Source: Octopus sinensis (lineage: Eukaryota). Taken from it: a DNA stretch of 64,000 nucleotides. Numbering within the stretch: the first letter of the stretch is position 1; every line of letters starts with the position of its first letter. This document shows, piece after piece, positions 12,122 to 23,919 of this stretch. Under the pieces are notes generated by a model. The model searched no databases and was not told the origin of the DNA. It worked only from the letters and a program-made list of their open reading frames with translations. Location: the NCBI RefSeq assembly GCF_006345805.1, contig NC_043009.1:34100001-34164000 (forward strand), in the 5' to 3' direction. Both the position numbers and the translations under genes were made by a program.

Positions 12122-12380
12122 CAGTGGTTCTCAACCATCTTTTGCCTATGGACTCCCTTGATTCCTATTTTACTCGTGTGAATCCTCATAGCTACTTGAT
12201 GTTTTTAAAAATCCTATTATATTTATTTTTAACCAAATATTTTTAGGAATTGTATAAAAAGTTAAAGTATTTTATGTATTGTAGACATATAGGCCTAACT
12301 AATTTATTGCATATAGACTTTAAGAACAAAATCTGGTATGGGCCCCAAAGGGTTATACGGACTCCAGTTGAGAACCACCA
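12122..12380. mobile_element. hAT (Charlie-like) MITE
   Basis: TIRs CAGTGGTTCTCAAC / GTTGAGAACCACCA; TSD ATCTAGAT / GTCTAGAT (7/8), NTCTAGAN target typical of Charlie elements. Confidence 0.9.
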
Positions 12381-12834
12381 GTCTAGATGTATAGTCCATA
12401 TTTTTTTCCAAACGTCACTGCATGGGGATTTTCTATATGGGAGGTTTTGCTTCATAACACTGTGAAAAACAGAGTGGTCACAGAAAGGAGCATTTAAGTA
12501 ATAATTTGACCTGCTAAGAATAAGTCAAATCTACTTCAAACTATACCCTACTTGCATAAGATAGTCCTTGAAATAATAATAATGATGATGATTTCTTTAT
12601 TGGCCACAAAGGATTTACATTAAGAAAAAAACATTATGAACAGTAAAGAACAAAACAAAGAATGTGTGTGTATGTATGTGAGTGAGTGTTGTGAGGGGTT
12701 TGCGTGTAAACAAGATTAACATAATGGGAAAAAAAACAAACAATTAACAATATATAAATAATCCTCAATAAGGAGGAGGCGTTTGAGGGCTGCTCACGGA
12801 AAACCCCTCCAAAACCACAGGTGCCTTGGCAGAA

Positions 12835-13672
12835 TAATCCTTTCTACTATAGGCACAAGGCATGAAATTTTGTGGGAGGAGTTAAGTCGTTTTAATTTAC
12901 TCCAGTGTTTTACTCGTACTTAATTCATAGACCATGAAAAGATGAAAGGCAAAGTCAACAGCGGCGGAATTTGAACCCAGAACGTAAAGCTGGAGGAAAT
13001 ACTGCTAAACATTTTGCCCAAAGTTCTAACGATTCTATCGGCTCACCAATTAATAATGATTTTAAATTTTGCCACAAGGGCAACCATTTTTGCGGGAAGG
13101 GGGAATGAGTCGATTACATCGACCCTGACCCTGAAAGGGTGAAAGGTAAAGTCGACCTCGTGGGAATTTGAACTCAGAACGTAGCGACGAGCGAAATACC
13201 TATTTCTTTACTACCCACATGGGGCTAAACACAGAGGAGACAAACAAGGACAGACAGACGGATTAAGTCGATTATATCGACCCCAGTGAGTAACTGGTAC
13301 TTAATTTATCGACTCCGAAAAGATGAAAGGCAAAGTCGACCTCGGCGGAATTTGAACTCAGAACGTAATGGCAGACGAAATACGGTTACGCATTTCGCCC
13401 GGCGTGCTAACGTTTCTGCCAGCTCGCCGCCTAGTTCAACAATTAATAATAATAATAATAATAATAATCCTTTCTACTAATAGCACAAGGCCTGAAATTC
13501 GTGAGGATGGCTTATTGACCCCAGTATTGAACTGGTACTTAATCTATTGACTCAGAAAGGATGAAAGGCAAAGCCGACCTTGGTGGAATTTGAACTCAGA
13601 ACGTAGCGACGGGCAAAATACCACTGAGTATTTCGTCCAGTGTGCTGATGATTCTACTAGCTGGCCGCCTTG
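12835..13672 (-). mobile_element. Cluster of four same-orientation SINE family B copies
   Basis: GATGAAAGGCAAAGTCGAC..GGAATTTGAACTCAGAACG core at ~12940, 13140, 13325 and 13560, with two alternative 3' tails. Confidence 0.85.
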
Positions 13673-13835
13673 TCAAGGCTAGAATGCTTTTCACCATAGT
13701 TGACCTGGTGCTACATAGGTGAAATAACTGTCATCTTCAAGCTCACTTTATAAACTTTTTTGTTTTATTTTGTATTTGTATTTCGTTAAATTACAAAACG
13801 TGACAGCAGCGGCCAGATGAATGGGTGCCCTACGG

Positions 13836-14265
13836 CTTTGTTTCCTCAAGACTTTCTATAAAATGGATATTTTCAATGAAATTTTCCAGAGATAAATTCG
13901 AGAGTGTAGAGTACAATTATGTTGATAACAAGAAAAAAGATTTTTTTGAAGGTTCGTTTTCTTCTACCTCTCAGTTTTGTTTCCGCGTAACACTCTAAAA
14001 TGCATAATTCTAAATTGACATTTTGCAAGAATACATTTGCGAAGAGTGTACATTACGTAATGTCGATTTCCCAAAACATAACCAAAGTTACGGAAACTGT
14101 GACAACAAAATCGGGGCGGGAAGGAGGGTGGAAGTCCGAGCCGAAACTATCCCACTAAACATTTTTTTGTTTCTAAGTTTTTATCAATCTGCAATCCCGA
14201 AAAACATCCTGCTGTAAAATGTCATTTAATATGCATTCTTCAGCAAGTTATGAGGAAACAAAATT
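13836..14265. mobile_element. Possible MITE bounded by ~50-bp imperfect inverted repeats
   Basis: TTTGTTTCCTCAAGACTTTCTATAAAATGGATATT vs reverse complement of 14213-14265 (TTTGTTTCCTCATAACTTGCTGAAGAATGCATATT). Confidence 0.4.
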
Positions 14266-14299
14266 GGGGTGAGGATACCAATCTGTAGTTACCATACAG

Positions 14300-15600
14300 C
14301 AGGGTCTCAACAACCAAACGACGACGAACTAAAAAGGATTCCTTTACTAGAAATAGCAGCCAAATCTTTCTTCAAATTATATTTGATCGAATGTTGTATA
14401 GTAAAGAAAGGGCACAAAACTTAGTAGGATATTCAGCTGTTTTACAAATAATCACGACTCGAATACTTTTGATCATAAGTCACCAGCACGATCTAGGATG
14501 ACCTATGTCTAAATAACAATAACAAAACGCGGTGGTCAAAGAGGAGTCGGCAGCATGGTTAACAATTATCACCATTCGTCTCAGACACCACCTCTTTCTC
14601 ACAACACTTCCTCATACATACAGCTATGAGCAACTATAATTATTTCAACTTACCTGACAATGACAACAGCCACATCAACAAGTTTGGTAAAGAATCCTCA
14701 TTTCATTTTTAAAAAGAATGTTTTCATGAATAGTTATTATTTATCATCTTCATTTATTATTATTATTATTATTATTATAGTAATATCCACAAATATTTCA
14801 CTGTGTTGTATAGAATGTACCGGCTGGATAACAGAAACATCGTAAGTATATACATACACACTATACACACTTGTATGTGTGTATGTATGTATATATGCGT
14901 GTCAGATCAAAGATTTAGAAACACACACACATACATACATGCATACATATATATATATATGTATGTGTATGTATGTATACACGTGGTGGGTGAGTATAAT
15001 TTCCGTGAAATAACTTTAGGATAGGCAGTAGGTATAATACGTAGACCAATACTTGGCTTGTGAGTTTAATAGTAAACTTAGTAGTGGCGGTAGTGTTGTT
15101 CTTAGACACCTACAGAAACGTTGGGGTATGTGTGTAAGTGTTTAAAAAAAAAAGGCACGCTTACTGCTGATTTTTCTGTTTCTCTCTCAGTGGGTCTAGT
15201 ATGTCTGTGTCCACACTCACATATACTTGTACACGCATACACACCACTACCACCTTAGCTAATAGATACACCCTCTTTCTCTCTCTTTCTTTCTTTCACT
15301 TTTTTACGCACTCCGTCGGTTTATCATTCCAAAATATCAGTGATCACTAGATAGGAGTGACATTCGTTTGAAATTACCATTACACTTTGTGTGTGTGTGT
15401 GTGTGGTGTTAACCTTTATATGTATGTAACAAGTTGTGATTTTATTCTATAAATGAAGGCTGGTGAAAATACGTAAGTAAAAAAAAAAGAAGAAAAAGCT
15501 TATGGTCGCCGCCCATCACTTCATTCTATCATACGCATACACTATTTCACTTTATATAATACATACCCGCGGTTTTCTCTAGTCACACTCACCACCTCCT
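14300..15600. promoter_or_regulatory. Putative bidirectional promoter / first-exon region
   Basis: Non-repeat, relatively CpG-retaining sequence; minus-strand donors at 14653 (CAG|GTAAGT) and ~15163 (GCA|GTAAGC); plus-strand donors at 14842 (ATC|GTAAGT) and ~15473 (TAC|GTAAGT); candidate coding exons diverge on both sides. Confidence 0.35.
14654..14675 (-). CDS. Candidate first coding segment of the minus-strand gene (MWLLSLS)
   Basis: Consensus donor CAG|GTAAGT at 14653; ATG at 14675 gives phase 1, fitting the 11280 acceptor; an alternative frame (GFFTKLVDVAVVIV, phase 2) fits 11138. Confidence 0.4.
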
Positions 15601-16570
15601 CACTCACTGTCTCGCTCTCTTTCACATACACTTTTCCCTCATACTCTCTCCTTCTCTCTATCACATATTGTCTTCTCTTTTGCTCTCACGCTTTTCTCAA
15701 ACACTGTTTTTTTTTTTTTCATGTACTGTATCTTCCATCTCAACAATAGTCTTTTCTTTCTCTGTCTCTCTTTCTCCCTCCTTCTCGCCCTCTCTCTCTC
15801 TCACACAACCACTTTGCACACTAACTTCCTTATACTGTCAGCACTCTTCTCCCTATACCGCAACTCTAAATTGTCATTTCTTTCTAAATTCTACCCTGTC
15901 AAGCTATGTCCAAATAATTCCTTTCATTCTACTCCTGTCTTTTTACTACGATTAACGCTCTTACACTTTCTATTCCTGCTCTTTGTTTTCCTCTTTTTGT
16001 TCCGTCCATTCATTAAATTTCCCTTCTCATTTTTACTCAATGATCATCTTCCTCAACTTAGACTTTTCTCATATCCCATACCATTCTTCCCTTTTTACTG
16101 AAACTCATCTCTCTATCTCATATGCCAGCGTTTCTTAAAGTGGGTTCCGAGGGAACCCAAGTTTTTATGAAAACATATTTGGATTTCGTGAGATGTATTT
16201 TTGATAAAATTTAATAAAAACCCATTTTATATTTATATACTTAAAACTTACCATTTAAAAAAGAAAAAGTGGTGTTTGATATATACATAAATTATCTCCC
16301 TAAAAAAAGTTTCATTTAATGTCTTATTAAAAGTAGGGTGGTGGGGGGTTGTCCGTAAAATATAGCTTATGGCCACCTCAATTTACTTTTTACTTGTTTC
16401 AGTTTTTGGACTGCACCGCCTTGAGGAGGTTTAGTAGAACAAATCGACCCCTCCCCCAACCAGTACTTATCTTAAAAACCTGGTATTTATTCTGTTGATC
16501 TTTTGCCGAAGCGCTAAGTTACAGGGACGTAAACAGAACAACATTGCGGGACAAAGACACAGCTACATAC

Positions 16571-18152
16571 GCAAGGGCGGGATGCAAAGTTCATAGGCTC
16601 TCTATGAAGGAGTGATGCTAGAGTTGTGAAATCTTGTGTGCAATAATTTCAACTCATTAATAACTGCATTGTCTCTTTCCAGGTAAACTGACATTTGGCT
16701 CTTGAAAGAAGACTTCAAAAGTAACAAGTAGTGACTTCTTTTGAAAATGGACAAAATTTTGCATTGTGGTGTTATCAAGTATCAGCAGGAAAGGGGTTTA
16801 GCCCCCAATGATTTTCATGCTGATACAGTTGCTACATTAGGGGATGAAGTTACAGCTTTATCAACTGTGCAAGTGGGCTGCTGAATTTAAGAGGGAAGGG
16901 ATAGTCTTGAAGACGACCCAAGATCTGGACTTCTTGCAATTGCCAACACCAAGGAAAATATTGATCCTGTACACCACATGGTGATGGATGATAGGCGATT
17001 GACTTATAAATTAAATAGCCAATGTTATTAGTATATCCTGTCAAAGAGTTGAGAATATGAACTTGGCTGGTGGATGCCACGTCTTCTGACACCTGACACC
17101 AGGCTGATCACATCACAGGAAAATTTGACATTGTTTCAGGCAGATACAGCTGGTTTCCTTGAATGTTTTCTGACCCTGGATGAGCATTGGTTTCATCACT
17201 TTGCATCAGAGACAGAGATAATCCATGCAGTGGAAACACCCCTTCCTCACCTGCTCTGGAGAAGGCTATGGTCATTTTGTCTGGAGAAAAGTTGATGGTC
17301 TCAATTCAAAAGGGCCATGTCATCAATGGAGGGTACTATGCCAACTTGCTGAGGCAGTTAGGAAAGGTTATCAAAACCAAATGCCTTGGAAAACTGACAA
17401 AAGGGATCTTGTTTTAGCAGGACAACGCTCCAGTACACAAATCCTTGTTTTAGTGACTGCTGTGCATGACTGTGGCTTTCAACTTGTTGATCACCATCCC
17501 TATTCTCCTGATCTGGTCCCATCTGATTATCTATTCTTTCTTTTGTTTCAGTCATTTGACTGTGGCCATGCTGGAACACCGCCTTTAGTCGAACAAATCA
17601 ATCCCAGGATTTATTCTTTGTAAGCCTAGTACTAATTCTATCAGTCTCTTTTGCCGAACTGCTATTTTACACGAACATTGGTTGTCAAGCGACGGTGAGT
17701 GGGGGAGACACAGACACACAAACACACACACACGCACGCATGTATATATATATATATATATACATGACGGGCTTCTTTCTGTTTCTGTCTAACCAAATCT
17801 ACTCACAAGGCTTTGGTTGGCCTGAGGCTATAGAAGACACTTGCCCAGGGTGCCACGCAGTGGGACTGAACCCAGAACCATGTGGTTAGGAAGCAAGCTA
17901 CTTACCCCACAGCCACTCCAGTTCACAAACATGAAATAACACTCGTCTGGGAGCCAGTATCGCAACAATGACAACGTGATATCTACTGTTGCTGACTCTT
18001 GACCAACAGGATGACAAGCTCTTTACCAGTGGGTTCTGAGCACTACAACACCGATGGAAGAAGTGTGTGAACTGTTGAAAAATAAACTTCATTGGTCACA
18101 TTCCATGAGGGTATCTTGGTCAGCCTGTAAACTTTTCAGCTGACCCTCATAT
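16571..18152 (+). mobile_element. Irritans-type mariner relic interrupted by a SINE
   Basis: WMPRLLT, FLTLDEHWFHH, QDNAPVHK and HHPYSPDLVPSDY; the C-terminus (..QHRWKKCV) and right TIR resume after the SINE at 17920-18152. Confidence 0.85.
17535..17918 (-). mobile_element. SINE family A inserted into the mariner transposase
   Basis: Full-length reverse copy located just after the YSPDL..DY codons. Confidence 0.9.
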
Positions 18153-18587
18153 ATACGATGGGCTTCTTTCAGTTTCAGTCTACCAAATCCATTCATAAGG
18201 TTTTGATTGGCCCGAAGCTATAGTAGAAAAGACTTGCTCAAGGTGCCACACAATGGAACGAGATCAGAAACTACGTGGCTGGGAAGCAAACTTCCTGTCA
18301 AACAACCACGTCAACACCTATCCTCTTTACTCAATCATATCTCGCACTCTCTTCCTCTCTTTATTATCACATACATAACCAAATTACTGATCTTATTTTT
18401 CATTTACTCCACCCATTCTATAAATCCTCTTTCATTTTCTTTATTTCTTATTATATATGTATGTATGTTAGGTCACTCCTAGTGTTACTGCTAACATCTA
18501 ACCTAGTACAATCTATTGTATGGTTGGGCCATCGACAACTAAACTGGCCGCTCTCCCAAATTAGCTTCTTGAAGAGGGTGATTTTCA

Positions 18588-18713
18588 ATGGACACTCTGC
18601 AGGATAAAAAGATAACTTGCCAAAGGACAGAAGAACTTGATAGAGCCTTCGGACATCCACCAGCTGAAAGTGAAAGGTCTCTAGAGTTTGTTTGGACATC
18701 CCTCAAGGAGAAG
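18588..18713 (+). CDS. Candidate first coding exon of an unidentified plus-strand gene (MDTLQDKKITCQRTEELDRAFGHPPAESERSLEFVWTSLKEK)
   Basis: 42 open codons from an ATG with an upstream in-frame stop, ending at donor AAG|GTAATT; non-repeat sequence; alternative acceptor CTGCAG| at 18602. Confidence 0.55.
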
Positions 18714-19044
18714 GTAATTCTGAAGAAATAACACTTGCCACATTGCAAAGCCAGAGATCTTATTCTAGCTTGTTTTTGAATTATTTAGCGTTGTAGGTGA
18801 AAGTCTTAGGGTAAAGTACAAGTTGTTATTTGAGTTTACATTTCGGTATAGGCATTTACTGACAGCCATTGCCTTTAACATCTCAAATAAGATAATTTGT
18901 CAGCGATGGTCATACTCATCTATAAGTTGACAGCCGTATTGTATGTATATGTGTGTGTGTGTGTGTATGTACATATGTCTTCACTTTTTCTTTAATTTAG
19001 AGTAAATTTTGACTGACTACCTACTTGTTTTGTTCATCATCTTT

Positions 19045-20905
19045 TAAAACTTAAGAAGGTACTGTCAACTAGAATAGCAGGTCCCTCTGTTGGGTCGACA
19101 TTTGGCAGACTCTCTTTCTCTCATTCATTTTCTTTATTCAGCAACCTTTCATAATGGCATCTCCAAATCTCTCTCTTTGCAGCCTCATCTAGAGCAAGTG
19201 AACCATCACCCATGCGAACACATTTCCTGCCTACATCACGATTCTCTCTCACACAGTCTTGCAACATGAAATACCTCAAGTCTTTGGTCCTCACAGCACA
19301 GAACATTGGCAAATTTTTGTCTTATCTGCTTCCCCTCTGGCTAAATAAACCTGCCTCCTAGCTTCCCTTCTGGCAGTCTGATACAATTCCCTGCTACCCC
19401 CGTTCCTCCAGTACTTCCAAGCCTGTTTGTTTTCTCTAATAGCCCTGTCAACAACATTGTTCCACCACCATGTTATTTTGGGTCGAGAAGTGACTTTGCA
19501 CCATCCACAGATCTGGTCAGTGGCCCTCAGCAGATTGTCCTGTAGAAACCTCCAGTTGTCTTCTACATTGTGTGAAGGTATATCCCCTGCTATTTTGTCA
19601 AAGGCTTCAAGTAATATGTCTCTAAATCTTTGTCCATTCGCAGGATCTTTAAGCTTCCAGACCCTTCTCTTCCATGCTGGTCGTCTTCTGGGCATCCACT
19701 TAGCCCTGATCCTGAAGTCACTAACTACCAGTCTATGTTGTGGGGTACATTCTTCACCTGGGAAGGTTTTGGCATTCATAAGCAGCCATCTTTCCCTTTT
19801 TCTGGTGAGGATGTAGTCAATTTCGCTTGTGTGTCTGCCAGAACGGTAGGTGACTAGGTGACTGGCAGGTTTTCTGAAGTTAGTATTGCAAACCATAAGA
19901 TCATTTGCATCGCAGAACTCCAGCAGCCTGGTTCTCTCCTCATTGCGGGAGCCAAAACCGTAACCTCCATGTACGCCATGGAAGCCCCCAGCATGTTGTC
20001 CAACATATCCATTGAAGTCACCAGCCACAAAGAGAAGGTCCCTGTCATTCGTCAAAGCAGTAATCTACAAGAGGGTGTCATAGAATCGGTCTTTCTGGCC
20101 ATCAGGTAACCCTGGCTGAGGGGCATAGGCCGAGATAATGGTTGCTAATCCATGATGAAGCACTAATCTAATCTTAAGTATTGTCACATACTCTGACTAC
20201 TTCGATTACCTTTACCCATTTTTCAGCAAGAAGTATACCCACGCCTCCGACCCCGTCAGTGTTCCCCGCCCAGAAAATCTCGTACCCGTATTCTTTGCCT
20301 GTGAGGAACCTAGCAGAACCTCCTCTCCACCTTACTTCTTGGATGCAGCATATATCGACACATCTCCGCTCAAGCATCTCAACAATCTCACCAGACCTAC
20401 CTTTCAGTGTGCCGACGTTGAGAGTGCCAAACCTGAGGGTGTGGGAGGTATGGGCCCTTGAGACCCTGGGATGGGAGACAGTAGCTTGCATTTGGCAGAA
20501 TTCATAAACAAACAATAGCCATTAGTTCAACCTGCGTACACTACACTATCATATTTTTGCGCTATGCGATCACTACCTTATATAGCATGGGTAGGGGTGG
20601 CGTAAGCCTTTAGAAGTGTTCATGGGAGACAACCAAAGGTTGACAAATAATGGGAACTTCCGATACAGGTGGGAGGACGGACGTACCACCAACTAGAAGC
20701 TTGGACGAGAACGAGAGCATCAGGACACGGATCCTTTCGGTGGAGGTGTTAAGACTCGAGTGAGGAGGTCAGCGTGTGTGCGCTAGTTTATATAGGGTAG
20801 TGGTGGTGGAGGAAGTAGGAAGTCTTGGCGAGGCGATTGGTAATCGAAGGAGAGAGACACACAAAGTGAGGCAGATAGAGAGAGGGGGGGGGGGGTCATA
20901 ACACG
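19045..20905 (-). mobile_element. RTE LINE 5' half (5' UTR, APE endonuclease, start of RT), 3'-truncated
   Basis: ORFs 20174-20515 (GTLNVGTLKGRSGEIVEMLE..CCIQEVRW) and 19291-20055 (AGDFNG..IDYIL..QHRLVVSDF); collinear with 50585-52210. Confidence 0.92.
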
Positions 20906-21149
20906 AGGGATAAAAGAAATTCTTTTAGAATCTGAGTGGCACAGTTAATTTAACGAGACAGCAAATATAGATAATAGTAAATAGAATTGAAGAATCTGAG
21001 AGCCAGTCTAATACAAAGTTAGAGGAGGATGTCTGTGTGATAGCTTTTAATAGATGAATGAATGAATGTTGCAGTTAAGGAAATGCGTGAACTAACGTTA
21101 TCTTAGGCAACAACAAGGAAGACGAAACTACAGAATTATATTTACATGC

Positions 21150-22600
21150 TGATATGGTATTGACATAGACAGAGTAATGAAAAGGAGCTAATAAGGGGTT
21201 TATAATCTGCTCAAAAATAGTAGAGTAGATGATAGGATTGAGAAAGGCAAAAGACTTATCTGGCCATCTTCTGGGTTTCGTATTTTCAACCGAGATATTG
21301 AAATCGAATTCTCGTAACTTCCTCAGTGATGTAGGAACAGGGATATCTGTTAAGACATCAACTTATTCTTTTAATGGACGAATTCCATTTTTGTCAATAA
21401 CATGTAGCAAAAATGTAATAGAAGAAACACCAAAAAGATATTTACTAGGGTTAATTATCACACCGAACTCTGACAATCTGGTAAAAAGCTGTTCTAAATG
21501 CTGTTCCATACGGCTATCAATCAAGGCATTTCAAGAAATTCGAAAAGTCCGAAAGGAGTAATTATGGCTGTTTTGAGGACATCAGCAGATTCTCTAAGAA
21601 TCTTAATACAGGAGCGTGCTCAATCCATTTTTGAAAAAAGCAGTACAACCATGTAAAGAAGCTGAGAAATCATGATTATTAGGAAATGAGTACTAACCTG
21701 GAACATTCAAACGTCTGTAGTCTCCACAAGGATACCAGTCTTCTTCAGATTGTTTGGAACCGTATGATGTGAAGAAGACCAATTACTGCTGGAAAGTTGA
21801 ATTATTCCAAGATCCAACATGTGATTAAATTTGTCCTTAGCTATTTTCAACATATCGGAAACTTGCCTGGCGATGACGTTTTTCCACGGCTGAGTAAATG
21901 ACTTGAAAGGACAGAGCTGAACACACTTGTGTTCATCGACACCAGTGCGATTATGATACCATGAAATAATGCAGAGCTTCTTCAAGGATTAAAAAAGGCT
22001 TTCTAGAAATTCTTCCGCCACAGTAATTTGAGTGTGTATAATATCTAGAGTATTGCAACTGCTCAAGCTTATCTGTTAGAGCCTTAATTCTACGTTCGAT
22101 TGTTTTACAGAACAACACTAACTTAGAAGAAATAGAAAAGATGGATGAAACAGATGAAGTCGCCATTCCTTGGTTTAGCTGTTTGTTTGTTTTTTGTTTT
22201 TGTTTTTTAACAGAAATTAGTTGAAATCACACAAAAGGATATGGAAACTCAAAAACAACAGGCCATTTGTGAACTTGGAAAAGTTCAGGATTAACTTTAC
22301 TCTGGAAACATTTGAGAGAAGAAAAGAGTTTTCTTGGTGTTGACAGGTAGATTTGACTATGTTTCGAATAAGACGAAAGATATATCGTAAACTAATAGTT
22401 GTTGCTTGGTTGCGGTGGTAAGAAAAGTGTCTGAGTCGGCTTTTGCTCCTCTGATCATGGTGGGTTATCATGTGTTGCGTGTGTGTTGGTGTCATGCTGG
22501 TTTGATGTTCATGCAATAATTGAGTCAGTCTTGCTGGCTATTTCGGAGTTGAATATGACCAAATGGTGCTCGTATCAAAGGTCGCCAATATTGTGAGGTG
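21150..22600 (-). mobile_element. Internally deleted Ty3/Gypsy relic
   Basis: PBS-like TGGCGACC after ..CACAATAT at 22580-22590; RT start (MLDLGIIQLSSSNWSS) in ORF 21707-21985; HVIDKNGIRPL..PVPTSLRKLREF further downstream. Confidence 0.7.
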
Positions 22601-23039
22601 TCATTTGTGTACTTGATGTTGGTGAAAAATGAAGCTGTCTTTCTAGGGCTGCACGTAAAAATGATTAACAATACTCACGAAAAATTAACAGATTATTTAT
22701 TTACATCATGTCATGTTTTCTGTGTTAGTCTTTGAATGAAAACTAACAACAGCAGTTACACATCAAGAGAGATATACTACTGGGATTTACATCAATCTAT
22801 TGATATATATCAATCTGCTGCTGGCTTATCACAACTGGAAAATAATTGCATTATATTCATGACGACAAAATATGTGTCTTCTAAACTGCAATGAAAATGG
22901 AGACGTCAAGTGGCTGCCTCAACATTCTGGAGTTACTACCAAAAAGCAATGAGAAAGTTACAAAAGGTCGAATGATGTCAGGACTTGATGCTGATTGGTC
23001 GGTTAATCTACTGATCACGTGAAACGAGTGTGGCTAAGC

Positions 23040-23900
23040 AGTGATGTCTACTCGGTTATCCAGTGATTTGGTTTTGAATGTGCTACATATATATGTATTG
23101 TAATCTTGTTGAAGGCATACATTTTCAAAACGTTCTTGACTTCTGGTAAAAAACGAAAGTGATGTAACACCATTAAATACAATTCAACTAAGGGATTACC
23201 TATACAATATATACATATATATTTATACACACACATACATACATACATACATACATACATACATACATGCATGCATGCATGCATGCACGCACGCACGCAC
23301 GCATGCATACATACATACATACATACATACATACACACACACATACATACATAGGTTATAAGAGATGATGGTGTCATTGAGACCCAAAGGTGTCAGGTAA
23401 TGCTGAATTAGTGCTCTAGACAGACCATAGTTAAGTTCCAGATTCGGTAATTTTGCGAATAAGGGGTTTAACATTGGTTCTATGTCAGCGTGTGTATTTA
23501 AGAATTTTTTTGCGTAATAAGATAAAAAACTAAGGGTGTGTAAATATTAGAGCATTTAAAGATAGGCCTTACAGCTGTTTCTAGGATATTTATTAATTAT
23601 ATCCTTTCATCGGAGACCGTGTGAGAGGATGGTTAAGTCATAGTTAGTTTAGATGTGTTACAAAATAGAGAGTGAGGTGGAGGAAAGAAAATAGATGCAA
23701 GATATGTATGGATATTGAAGTTGTAAATCCATTTTATAGGCATAATGGTATATATGCAATATTCCAATATCCTATGAGTAAAGTACAAAAGTCCAACAGA
23801 GTTTAAAATGGGTCCTTCCAAATATAAAGTTTATACGCAATGTAAGATTCCTTTATGAGTGAGATCCAGTAGATTTTTAAACTTGGTCATTCAAAGTAGA
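23040..23900 (-). mobile_element. Penelope-like element fragment split by an (ACAT)/(GCAT)/(GCAC) microsatellite at 23225-23350
   Basis: Carries a hammerhead motif at 23565-23618; weak RT-like IGNPLVELYL segment. Confidence 0.55.
23565..23618 (-). ncRNA. Type I minimal hammerhead ribozyme motif
   Basis: GGTCT-CCGATGA-A-AGGATAT-(9 nt)-ATATCCT-A-GAA-ACAGCTGT-A-AGGCC: helix I GGUCU/AGGCC, 7-bp helix II, palindromic helix III, GUA cleavage triplet; U4C core variant. Confidence 0.75.
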
Positions 23901-23919
23901 GAATTAATATACAGTATAA

